Source of the DNA: Marsupella aquatica
Lineage: Eukaryota; Plantae; Marchantiophyta
Direction: 5' to 3'
Assembly (NCBI GenBank): GCA_973895155.1
Contig: OZ316895.1
Span: 5,459,181 to 5,523,180, forward strand
DNA: 64,000 nt
Each line of letters opens with the position of its first letter. Within the stretch, counting starts at the first letter, position 1. Positions 11,392 to 22,773 of the stretch are shown piece by piece. The notes under the pieces were generated by a model. The model was given only the letters and a program-made list of their open reading frames with translations. It searched no databases and had not been told where the DNA came from. The position numbers were made by a program, and so were the translations under genes.

Positions 11392-12822
11392 ATGAAAGAA
11401 CTACCTGGCCCTTGCGGCCCATTCACTCCCTCAACTCGGAATTTTGAGCCATTTAATCATGAACATCCACGAATTCCACTCGGTGTGATGAGGCTTGGAA
11501 TTGCACGCTCAGAGGTCTCATCAAATTCGGATTTGGTTTCGAATGGCAGTACTCCGGGAGAGGAAATCGATACAGAATTGGATGAGGAAATCATAGACAA
11601 ATTCAGCCTTCTCCCCGGCCTTCCTGACGAGCTTACCATTGACCACATCTTCAGCAAAGTGCCATGGACAACCTTGTGTTCACTCTCCACTGCTAGCAAG
11701 GCTTGGCATGCAGCAATATCTGAGCGGAAAATCTATCATGCCAGAGTCCGAACAAATTCTGTACAGACCCTAGTAGTCATCATTCATGAGGATTTTCCAT
11801 CACCAGAGCTTCGTTGGCACAGGAAGTATTGTTTGGACGATCCAGGTCCTGTTCATCCTCATCTAGCAATCTCGCTTTATGATCCGGCCAAGGATGCTTG
11901 GAGCCGTCTACCCAACATTCCCGGTGTAGCAGATGGAGTACCTCACGAATGTGAGTGCGTTTGCTGGAAGGGCAAGGTATTTATCTTGGGAGGTCTGGAA
12001 AGTATGGAGCCCTTTCCGCAGCCCATAAAAGCGGTGTATATGCTAGATTTGGCGGCTGGCCGTGGAATGTGGGTACAATGTGCAAGCATGCAGAGAGAAA
12101 GGGCCAGATTCTCGTGCCATGTCAAAGAGGGGAAACTTTTTGCCTTCGGAGGCACTTCAGAGGACCAGAAGGTTTTGGCTGAATGTGAGGTGTTTGACAT
12201 GGAGCACAATGCCTGGAGTTCAGTTGCACCAATGCTGCATGGCCACACTGACCATAAGGTGGCCCTGTGGGAGGGGCAATTTTATGTCCATGGAGGGCAT
12301 TTTTGGAAGGAGAGCGTGTCCGATGGTGATGACGATGTGGAGTTTGAGGAATTCGAACACCCACGTCTGCAAGGTGCCAAGTTTGCGGAAGTCTACGACC
12401 CTGCCACAAATCAATGGAGGAAACTGCACGATTTTAAAAGAGGGATGCAGGGCCCCATCGTAGAAGTGGATGAAAAGCTGGTCAATCTCTCCATGAGTAT
12501 CAATCATAATTCGGTGGAAATTTACACTGGGCATTCGAACTCCTGGATCTCATCACAGCCCATCTCCTGGAAGATTTCCGAGTCAGGGGTCCCAAAGGTA
12601 TCCTTCAGGTGGCCAATGTATGTCCTGCACCAAGCCATCGGACTCGATAATGAAGTCCTGGCTTGGCTATTCTCGGTTCAATTCATCGAGGAGTGGCAGA
12701 GGCATTACCTGCTCAAAAGCAAAGGATTGGGCAGCAAGACTTCTAGCCTTGAGTGGGAGAAAATGGCTAGTGCCAATGAGTTCCCTGAGCAGATTTTGTG
12801 CATGCGTCGTATTAACTTGTGA
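11392..12822 (+). CDS. F-box/Kelch-repeat protein (intronless)
   Basis: Single long ORF. The track start at 11272 is TTG; the first ATG is 11392 and an alternative is 11488. The F-box LLPGLPDELTIDHIFSKVP...LSTASKAW is followed by Kelch repeats (KVFILGG, KLFAFGG, QFYVHGG, EVYDPATNQW). Confidence 0.92.
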   Translation: MKELPGPCGPFTPSTRNFEPFNHEHPRIPLGVMRLGIARSEVSSNSDLVSNGSTPGEEIDTELDEEIIDKFSLLPGLPDELTIDHIFSKVPWTTLCSLSTASKAWHAAISERKIYHARVRTNSVQTLVVIIHEDFPSPELRWHRKYCLDDPGPVHPHLAISLYDPAKDAWSRLPNIPGVADGVPHECECVCWKGKVFILGGLESMEPFPQPIKAVYMLDLAAGRGMWVQCASMQRERARFSCHVKEGKLFAFGGTSEDQKVLAECEVFDMEHNAWSSVAPMLHGHTDHKVALWEGQFYVHGGHFWKESVSDGDDDVEFEEFEHPRLQGAKFAEVYDPATNQWRKLHDFKRGMQGPIVEVDEKLVNLSMSINHNSVEIYTGHSNSWISSQPISWKISESGVPKVSFRWPMYVLHQAIGLDNEVLAWLFSVQFIEEWQRHYLLKSKGLGSKTSSLEWEKMASANEFPEQILCMRRINL

Positions 12823-14961
12823 TGACCGATTTATGTTCACCAATCTAGTCAGAATTCGGTTGGGATTGCTTCAAATAAATTCACACCTCTTTCCTCTCAG
12901 TGGCGTGAATTGCAATATCTCAGCAATCCGCATTTTTAATTACATTGGAAAACATTTTGACGGTGCGGCCATTCGAGAAATGCAAGCTACTGAGGTTACA
13001 CGGAGGGTATTGTTTAGTTGCATAGACTATTTTTGTTCAAGGAAGAGTAATAAAAAGGTCCAGATACAAGTCCGCAATTTTATTTGTGACCTAATTCTCT
13101 TGTCCGTAGGGGGATGTGCTATCAATTATATCGTCAGTTAATTCGGCAAACCGTCGCGAACAAAGCAGCTCGTGTACTGTGAGCCAGATGTGAATCTGGT
13201 CATTTGAACCTGGAATCTTGAAATTCTTTCGGTAGTCCCTCCTAATTCGATGATCCAGAAGGAGAAAGCATCGACTGAGGAAAAAGAGGTAGAAGTGATG
13301 CAAGTGAGTAATTGAAGCACCAAATGGCTGAATTTAGTAAAAGGTTGATTTGACTGGAACGCCATTTATTTTCGCAGCAAAGTGCTGACCAGTGTCTCCA
13401 AAATCCTTTTAGGATTTCCAACATGCTTTAGGTCACCTTGAAGTCAAGTTAAGGTCTAGATGAAGTAAAAGATCCTGGACTGGATCTCGTTCTTTTAGTG
13501 TTCACATGGTCGATGTCAAAAATTATTTAGGGACAAGAAGATGGTGGCATTCAGATAGATTGTCTTGCATTATTTTTAGCTTAAAGTTGCGACCAGCTTG
13601 AGAAGGGGCTTGAAGGCTCTGTTAGCAAATGAATCAGACCTGATTTGGCTAAATCGAGCACTAGAGAGCGAGGTATTCAAAATGTTGTTTCGGCATGGAA
13701 TTCGGTTTACTCCATGTCAAAGGTAGTTCCACAGCTTCGTTCTCGCAGAGAATGCTGTGATTTAATTTGCAAGTCAATGTGGGCGATGTGGGAAAATTGG
13801 AAATTTTGAAGCAGTCCCAAGACATGCAGTTCCCGGCACGTTGCTCTAAGTGAGAACAGAGTCCCACAGAATAACACCTTACACACGCGTCAGAAAGGGC
13901 AATGGATCACAATCGCATGCGGTGTACTTGAGCTCGAGGATTCAGGCCTAGCTGGCTGGAGATCCCGCAACCATGAACCACTAAGATGTTCGTTTCCTCC
14001 TGAGGTGAATCTAGAGAAATTTCAATGGCGTCAGGCGCAGGTTCCTCTCGTCTCATTTCTTTTGACTTTCTGAGGACACATGACAAACTCACAGACAAAG
14101 AGGAGCCTGCAGTTCCAGAGATTTGAAGCTCACTCCATACAACTGGCGTTTCGCCAAATCATTTGACATCAGGGTGGTGCCTTTTGGCGTTGGTAAAGCA
14201 CACGGTGTTTCCTGTTTTAGTGTTCACCTCTCGTCATCTATGTTCAGTTAAAGTACAGCCTAGCTCTGTTCCGAAAAAGCTGGTATTCTCCTAATACTGC
14301 TCACCAATCCTCTAATCTTCACAAAAAACAATGGTTCTCAACGTGAAAATGAAACTGAGGTGTCGCTCTCTAGCGTTAACGCAAATCAGACCGGTTTTAG
14401 GGCTACGGGTTACCCGTAGGCCTTTTAGGGGCAGGTGTGGTTTAAATGATTCGGAGTCATCGAGGCTTGAAACAAACTAAGAAAACCCACCATCGACATG
14501 CCTCCCTAATTTAAAGTACACGTTCCGAGGCATGAACCGTCCACGATAACAGGTGCTCCGTCTTTTCTAGCACCATTTTGGCCAGGAGAGAGAACCCATG
14601 GAGCGAGAGATTCTTCTAGACGAGAGGGAGGTCCAACACATTGAACCATCACTTGAATGCCATGATCCAGCCAACAAAAACGGTGTCCTGCAATGACTCC
14701 AACGCTTCCAGCATTGCTTTCCCCAGAGCTGGTGCAAAATTGATCAACCCGCCCAGAATTGTGTCGATCTGTTTTTTGAGATTCCGAAAGTACAACTGTC
14801 CAGCCTCCTCTTCCAAATCTTCCTCACGCAACAACAAACGACTTCACTGTCCACTGGATAAATTTCCACTAGGAAGGAACGGTTTCTGGGTGGTTTGAGC
14901 TTTGCCTGCATGTGACATTGGGAAGCGGTTGAGGCATTTCAAACGAGTTTGTTAGCCATGT

Positions 14962-15099
14962 CCTTAACGTTGGCCAATGGGATTGTGGTGGACCATTACC
15001 CATATAGTGTCTCCCTATGCCTCCCTGCATACGCAGATAGACATAAGGTCTACCTTTATATGTAGTAATGGTCCATCACCATTACCCTATATGTTAAGG
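14962..15099. repeat. ~140-nt hairpin (MITE-like, family C)
   Basis: CCTTAAC...GTGGTGGACCATTAC-CCATATA pairs with TATATGTAGTAATGGTCCATCAC...GTTAAGG. The centre is CCTGCATACGCAG. Confidence 0.65.
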
Positions 15100-15184
15100 G
15101 TCGTTCCATGATTTTTACTGTTCTTCCCTTATCAGGGCTTGCCATGTAGGCAACTTTATATCTCATTATTTTAAACTGTATTTA

Positions 15185-16747
15185 CAGACCCCATGAGAGG
15201 TCCCTTCCAAAATTCCTGGCACCAGAGCGTGTCACGTCAACAACAACTGCAACAAACAAGACTCATCAGGTTTATGAACCAACTTACAGTTTTCATCTGT
15301 GCTTGCGTCATTTTGGGTTAAATTTTGGGACGCCATGCCGTAAAAAGAAATGTAGAAATTTAGAAATGCAAAGAGCAAGACCAGTATAACTGTCACTATG
15401 TAACCATTTTAGTTACGTATCCAATTTTAAAAATTAAATTCAAAGATTTAAAAAGTATTTTTCAAATAATAAACAATGACTAATAATTAACTTGATAACT
15501 TCCTTGTTAAAGGGTAATTGGCACATGGAGTAAGATTTCAGCCTTTTGCAATTCAGGCAAACTGTCAGCTATGGTTGGAACTTGAACTCAATGAATTGAT
15601 TCAATTCATTTGATCTGACATTGATCTGGTTTCAAATGGACTTGCCACGGATTGACTATTGACTATTGTAGCTTGAGAATATGGTTGCATGTAGCGAAAA
15701 AGCCTGATTTTGACAACTACTTGTGATAACCATGCTGTCGACTTTGGCCTGCAAAGCAAAGTATTCATGTGGCAGTTCAAAAAATGTCAATTGCTCAGGC
15801 ATGGCTGAATGGGTCCACAATTGATTTCATGAGAAAATCTAATTTAATCTAAACAATACAAGTTGTAAAATCTAACCTCTTTGTCCAACACAACATGACT
15901 ACCAGCTTCTCTTCTTAATTAGTCCGTGGACCCCTTGGCTAATAAAATCAGGGGGAAGAGTCGATCTGAGCCGTCTCCATTTCTTATCTCTGGAAATCTC
16001 GTCCGTCCATCATAATGGCCAATCTATGGCTCAAAAGAAATATCTCAAATAGATCTATGGATGGGTTTTGTCCGTTTTGCAAATGGGTTAATATTTTTCA
16101 AATGAAAAATTAAACAAATCCAAGCCTTCCTAGCCGTCAATTTTGTTGATTTTACGATCTTTGCCGTCCATTTTGTAATGCCTCTAGAAATCTTATTCAT
16201 CCATGTTAGAAGGCGATCTAGGGTGCAAAAGAAAGATCTCAATGAGATCTACGACTGGGTATTTTTGTTTTGAGAATGAGTAAGTTTTGAGTATAAAATT
16301 CGATGAACTTTCAAGATTCCAGCCATTCCTCCTCCCCGATCCTGGGTTTCTATGTGCTCTTCCCAACATTAATGGCCGTACAATACGAGAGGTCCTTACA
16401 TACTGGGAGTTGCGATTTAACAAGGAAGTTATCAAGTTAGTTATTAGTCATTATTTATTATATGAAAAATACTTTTTATAAATCTTTGAATTTAAGTCTT
16501 AAAATTGGAAATGTAACTAAAACGGTTACATAGTGACAGTTTTAATCGTCTTGCTCTTTGCATTTCCAATGTTTTTACTTTTCTTTTTATGGCATGGCGT
16601 CCCAAAATTTACACCCAAATTGACACAAACACGAATGAAAACTATAAGTTTGATTCACAAAACCGACGAGTCTTGTTTGTTGCGGTTGTTGTTGACATGG
16701 CACGTTGTGGTGCCAGGAATTTTGGAAGGGACCTCTAGTGGGGTCCG
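15185..16747. mobile_element. Non-autonomous DNA transposon with ~330-bp TIRs and TA target duplication (Tc1/mariner-like signature)
   Basis: The left arm CAGACCCCATGAGAGGTCCCTTCCAAAATTCCTGGCACC... (15185-~15510) is the reverse complement of the right arm ...GGTGCCAGGAATTTTGGAAGGGACCTCTAGTGGGGTCCG (~16416-16747). TA flanks both sides (15183-84 and 16748-49). No transposase ORF is present inside. Confidence 0.85.
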
Positions 16748-17392
16748 TAATCAGACTTCTCTCATTTGAAAGCTTAAGCGCTGCCCTTCTCCATTTGGTG
16801 AATAGTTGCGTCAAGGTCATGAGGCTATTAACTTCTAATTCAAAACTTGCCAAATTTAGACTTCAGTGAAATCTCCAGAATTTCCAATAATTTGAAAGTA
16901 CATAGACAAATCAGGTGACAAATATTCTACAAAGAGGACTCAGCTACTAGAAAGCTTAGGGTTCCTTGCTTAGAAAAGCAGATTTCTCAATTGATCTGGA
17001 GAAAGTAGTCAAGATTCTCAACTCAAATTGAGTGCCTAGGGCAATTTAGTAGTCAAATATAGTGTCATCCAATGCCCAAATCAACTAACGTAAACAAATT
17101 TGTGCCTTGGCTTTATTAATTAATGTTCTAAAATTAGTGAAATATCTCATAGACCTTAAGTGTTTTAATGTGTGCTAGCAGAGCATTATGGACCATATTA
17201 GCCTCTCAAAATGCAAGCTCAAACAAGGCCTAAAAAATGTAGCTAGGGGGTCCACTAACTAATATTTAGTGTATTTGTAGGGTTGAAGTTGAGCACAGTG
17301 CATAGCCGCGGGTGTCAGAAGTAGCGTCTGTATTTGCAATTGCACCAGATCGACAAATCCCAACCATTTATCTAAGGTACGACCACTTAATT

Positions 17393-17518
17393 TATATTTA
17401 GGGTCCTTCATTGCTCCTTAATGGAGCAATAGGGCTCCCGTACTCCTCCCTGCTGCGGGTAGGCATACGGTTGCCGCATATGCTCCATTAAAGAGCATAT
17501 CAGGACCATAAACATATA
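17393..17518. repeat. ~125-nt hairpin with self-palindromic arms (MITE-like, family C)
   Basis: TATATTTAGGGTCCTTCATTGCTCCTTAATGGAGCAATAGGG pairs with GCATATGCTCCATTAAAGAGCATATCAGGACCATAAACATATA. Confidence 0.7.
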
Positions 17519-17886
17519 CGTAAAATTCTTCAGGAAGGCAGATCTGCCTGTAAACATTTATGGAGGGCCCTTACTATTCCCATAATCTGTTGCCATGGCA
17601 TGAAGTAACCTTTGCCCATGGGTAACCTTTTTTGGGACATAAATGCATGGAATCACTCAAGAATCATGTTTTCACTCAAGAGCCTGGATGAGTGCAAATA
17701 AACACAGAAAATTCACTTGGCTAACCTTGCTGAGTCACTTTTTCAACTTGGCAGCCTTGCCAAGTCATCTCGGAGACGTTGCCGAGCAGGAAGGTTTTAC
17801 ACAACCGACTGATGGGAGCAATTGATACCTGATACTGACAGCCTATAACTGATGGTGTTAGAGCACCATTTGATTAGATGATCAAA

Positions 17887-18376
17887 TGTTGGACCAGAGT
17901 TGTGTAGGCATGCAACCTACAGTATTACCGTGCAACTACTAATTTCTCAGCTGTAAGTTAAGGTATAGTTGACAAACCTCTATTGGAAGTTGAGAGCAAC
18001 ATTACCATTTCCTATCATCCTATCACAAACTTGTTAGGCAAATTATTCTTAGGTCTAAAGTTATGATTGTAACCATAGTTAGGCTAACCTTAGTCACAAA
18101 CTTGGTTAGGTTAGTCATGTTGTACACTATATAGACAAGCTGGTGTTCATGTTTTAGACGGAACTCAGGCTCATTGTTATGGAGTAGCTTGAGAGATAGA
18201 GAAAACTTGTATTAGAGAGACTCGGTATGGCCGACGGGACTAGAGTGTAGTAAAACTCTTATGTGTTCCCATGGATGTTAGTCTCATTTGAGATGAACCA
18301 CGTACCTCTTTGTGTTGACTATTTATTCATTGGATGTTCATGGGCATGTCGTTATGAATGTCACCTTTGCTCAACA
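17887..18376 (+). mobile_element. Copia-type LTR remnant (probable solo LTR)
   Basis: TG...CA ends (TGTTGG...CTCAACA), an internal TATATA, and a U5-like tract CCCATGGATGTTAG...TGAACCACGTA typical of plant Copia LTRs. A homologous inverted copy lies at 30975-31320. The 5' boundary is uncertain and no TSD was found. Confidence 0.6.
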
Positions 18377-18454
18377 AAACTGGTCAAAATTACTAATCTG
18401 GTTGTCTCCTATTTTGCATATGGATTGGCTGAACTCGACCAGACTCACCCAAGG

Positions 18455-18780
18455 TGCCACATGATTCGTTATTGGACCTTGGGGGGTTGACTATCAACAA
18501 TCTTAGGAACCACGTGCGATCCAAAATAGGTATTTTTCATATAAATTAACTAAAATTTTAAAAAGCGTAGGAAGCAAAAGAAGGTATTATAAACCTATAT
18601 TTGTAGAATATTCTCTAATATCTACCTTTTATAAAGTAAAATAGATCATTAGTATTGAAAATAGAGAATATTTTTAGAATATTCCCATTATAAAGTAGGT
18701 GTGTTTATATTAGGCTAGGATCGCACGTGGTACCCCAAAATATACACTAAGTTAACCCCCCGAGTATTGGACACATGGAG
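18455..18780. mobile_element. Hairpin MITE (family D)
   Basis: GGGGGGTTGACT...GGAACCACGTGCGATCC pairs with GGATCGCACGTGGTACC...AGTTAACCCCCC around an AT-rich core. Confidence 0.6.
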
Positions 18781-19161
18781 GCTCACTCTTTCCCTGGACT
18801 AGTTCCCACATCTAACAGACTAAATTCCCCAATCTGACACTCCTAGGAATGCAGGTGTCGACTTATCTAGCGGCAAAAACTAGTGTGGTGGTTCACCTTA
18901 TTTCCCTCACCTTTATTGAAGGGGGTTAGCTTGCATGAGTTATGAGCCTCTACATGTCAATAGACCACTTATGTATCATCTTGGGTTAGTCTGGTCTGGT
19001 TATCTGGCCAACCTATACAAAATGGGGGACAACCTGATAGTCAAATTAGATTTGGGGACCAGTTTGGAGGGAAAAAAACTAAAAAACAAATGCAGTTTAT
19101 ATGGGACTGCTAATTAAAAAATAGTTTCAAGTACTTCAGGTTCCTCTTGGTGACCCTCTGC

Positions 19162-19320
19162 GGGAGAGAGATACTTAATGAACCCCCAAAATGCAAAGTG
19201 TTACTTGATGGACCTATGAGTGATCCAGACTGTTGATAGGCCTCAAATCAATGTACCCACAAGCTCATGGGGTCCATCAAGTAAGACATTTCAATTAAAG
19301 GATCAAGTATATCTGTCCCC
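19162..19320. mobile_element. MITE (family B)
   Basis: TTACTTGATGGACC...GGTCCATCAAGTAA inverted arms with GGG...CCC ends. Related copies at ~29440-29570, 36482-36657 and ~38985-39040. Confidence 0.65.
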
Positions 19321-20919
19321 TATGCTGTTCACTTTAGAGCTTTACTTGGCTTTTCAGTTTGCTGATTTGTAGAGTTTTAATGTAGTTTGCAATTGTGGAA
19401 GACCCCAGACTCTCTGTCTTTTTGGCTGTTTAGTTTTCCGGGGATTTTCCATTTATTTCTCCCCTTTATTGGTCTCTCACCTTTGCGATCTTGTCTTCCA
19501 TGTTTGGCGCATCTTGTTATTTGGCAGTGTGTTATTATAGTTCATACGACTTTTCCCTTTTGTTGGTTTACTCTTGTGTTATATATAGTTCATGCCACTT
19601 TTCCCTTGGTTTGTTGGAAGTTTTCTGGAATTTCTTCACATTTTGTTGTATCTCCTTGTTTGACTTGATGACTAGGCTTCACAAAATACCAGAGCTTCAA
19701 CATGCATGATTACGTCATGCTATCTTTGGCTGTTAATTAAGCTGAAAATTTGAAACTAATGAAAACAACATTTAAAAAACGTGTTAAGTTGAAGATTCGA
19801 AACTAACTAGAGAATATCTTTAGGTGTTTGTCTTTGAAATTGAAATATCCGAGCATTTTGGCACACCAGTAGGTACATCCTGGCTTCCACTGCTGGGTGT
19901 TTCATCCTGGCTTCCACTGCTGGGTGTTTCTGTACTTTGAAAATTATAGTCAGTTTATTATTGGAATGACCAAATTTATGGCCAATTTATGTTGGACCAA
20001 AAACGCACGCGGTGCATCCAAGAATGGCTGCGCATGATGATTTTATTTAGAAAATGTTTTTAAAATCCGCTCCAAAGCAGGAGTGCTATTTCTGGCTTTG
20101 TTGGGAAAATGTTTTTAAAATCTGCCCCAAAGAGAATTGGAAAGCCCCATGGACCACCAGGTTGACCTTTGAAACCCTCATGAACCACATTTCCCAAAAT
20201 TTGAGTTTAATTATAGTAATTTGATATTCATAAAATTTGACATTTTTAGGTACACTTTCATCAAAGTGACAATGAATTTTGAGTCATCTTCACTGGATTT
20301 TCAATCATAAATGAGGAAGGGGGTAAATGTTTTAAGATTTTTCATTGTCTTAACTTCAAATATTTTGGCTTGTGGCTTTTAGCGTCTCCTTTTGCAAAAC
20401 TAGAATATTTTAGGATTCATAATTATGGGCCCCAAACTCCCATGTGCCACCAAAATGTGCTCCAACATGGTGGTCCATCCATCCAGGCTTCAATTTTCTG
20501 GCTTTATTTGGAAAATGTTTTAAAAATCCACTCCAAAGCAGGAGTACTATATTTGGCTCTAAATTATAGTGATATTCCTTCGGACTCAAGTGCAGTGCGC
20601 TGGGTTAAGAATGGCAAAGATAGCAATAGACTGCGCTTCATACGTGCCAGTGAAGCTTCAATGGCGGCAAATCTCAGTTGCCCAAAACTGGCACAGGCCC
20701 AAATTCTGACGAAGCAGACTCTTCTAAGATTAGACGTGGGTACTGGGTAGGATCTGTAATGTGCCCTTGAAAGTGACGAAGATTTCTGATAGTCAGGAAA
20801 GCATGTTGCATGATTCCGACCACACGAAGAGTTGATTAATTAAAGTAGTTGGTACAGTATTAATAGCACAAGCATGATCAATTGTGCCCCAATCTATACT
20901 TGGGGCGCACTGCAACAGA

Positions 20920-20994
20920 TCTCATCAAGTTCCACATGACTTGCAATTGACGAAGTCTCATCAAGTTCCACATGACTTGCAATTGACGAAGTCT
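20920..20994. repeat. 36-bp perfect tandem duplication
   Basis: TCTCATCAAGTTCCACATGACTTGCAATTGACGAAG occurs twice. Confidence 0.9.
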
Positions 20995-21228
20995 GAGTTT
21001 GACAGTGAGCGAAGCATCGTCTCACGATATCAGGAGTTTTTAAGGTGTTGCGTAACTTTTCCCGCACAAGGCAGAGCAGAGTAGAGCAATGGTCTATTTT
21101 GCAGCAATCTATACTTGGGCTCACCACAATTGTGGCTTGCCGGGTCGTTGTTCGACATGGCTGAGGTCGTCCTTCGCTAGAAAACCCCTTTTTCGCTTTT
21201 GCAAAAGTGTACTGGTAGCATTTCGCCA

Positions 21229-21590
21229 CTGGAAGTCGTTGCCTGGAGATGACTGCCATGAACTGTAGAATACAGAGAGTAATTTGAAAGGCTTTGATTT
21301 GGAAAATTCAGATCGAAGTCTCCTTCAAGATTGCAATCATTCTCGATATGGAGGAATATTGATGAGGAATCTTGATATCGAGGTCTTCGAGAAGCGTTGG
21401 AGATCGGTACTGGAAGTCGTTGCCTGGACATGGACTGCCACAAATTATTTAACACTAAGTACTAATTTGAAAAGGCTTTAATTTGGAAAGTTCAGTTCAA
21501 AGTCACCTTCAAAACTGCAGCCATCGCCGATAAGGAGGAATATTGATGACGATTCTTGATATCGAGGTCTTCGAGAAGCGTTGAGGATCG
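21229..21590. repeat. Diverged tandem duplication, ~181-bp unit x2
   Basis: CTGGAAGTCGTTGCCTGGA...GGAGGAATATTGATGA...TCTTGATATCGAGGTCTTCGAGAAGCGTTG starts at 21229 and ~21410. Confidence 0.85.
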
Positions 21591-22773
21591 ACCAGTTGGG
21601 GGGAGGAGTTGTAAATAAAGCGAAAATCGTTGATATCAAAGAAACGGATGCATGGCACCTAATGATGTCACATGTGAGAAGAAGACTGAAACCAAAGACC
21701 TGTCAATAATGGAGGAAGATGAAATCATGAGCCTCGTGACGACGTGGATAACAACCAATCAACTGTCATTGAACACTGATTACGTAAACATCTCATCATC
21801 GTGAAGGTCTTTGAAGAAATGGTGCAGGAGGACCGAACATCTTCTTCCAACCAAAAAGCGTACGGATGAGCCATGGACGTTGTTTCCCAGAGCTGACTGT
21901 TCCGGAACTCTCAGCACCGATGAATCTTAGAACAGGTGCATGAAATCTACACAAACTGGGAGAGCGTGATCTGCGTCCATGGATTGTACCCAAATCAAAG
22001 ATCACAGCTCTTAGTCAGTCCGAATGAGTAATACTCTACAGGATTACAGAGCGAAATTGAGCTCAGAGGTGGTCAAAGCTGACAATCGGTCCACAAGAAC
22101 ACCGTCCATTGGCCAAAGCCGTCTTGATCTCCGAAATCACTTCCATGGGAAACCGGAAACGTCTTCACTCACTTTCAGAATCACACCCCAAAGCAAACAC
22201 ACCGGATGACAATATCAAAAGGGGAACACCCCAAACAAACTCACCGGACGACAATATTAAAAGGGGATCACATGTCGCTCAATTGCACAAGACATCGAAA
22301 GGAAAGCATTGTAAGCGTTTCGCCATCCAGTCAACGCCAGGAGTCACTTTTGCGTATCAAAATTAATTACTCGTATTTTCAGAAGAATAGGACACATGTT
22401 GATTCACAGAACAGAAAATTCCCTCCCGGAGATTACTCCTTTGTGTCGAATGTCGACGCCCCTCTTTGTCGAGGAACAAGCCTACTCTAACAGCAAAAAT
22501 TATGCAGATCTTGGGGCCATTTCTATACCAGGTTGGAGCCTGGACGCTATGGACATAACGAGTACCCTAACTGCCCGAATCCACGTTTAAGTTACATATA
22601 TGTGCCCTTAATTCCTGAGTGTAAACTATTGGCTCCTCAGTGGGTGCGCGGACCTACACTTAAAAAATGAAGTCGTTACCCACTCGGAGCCACAACCTGA
22701 GTATTAACTCTTAAAGTCGTACATGTACAAGGGTATCGTAGCCTCTATATACATGTGGAACAATGCAGCCTTA

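Noticed and set aside
11457-13141. Overlapping ORFs on alternative frames of the F-box gene
   Set aside because: Shadow ORFs of a long coding region.
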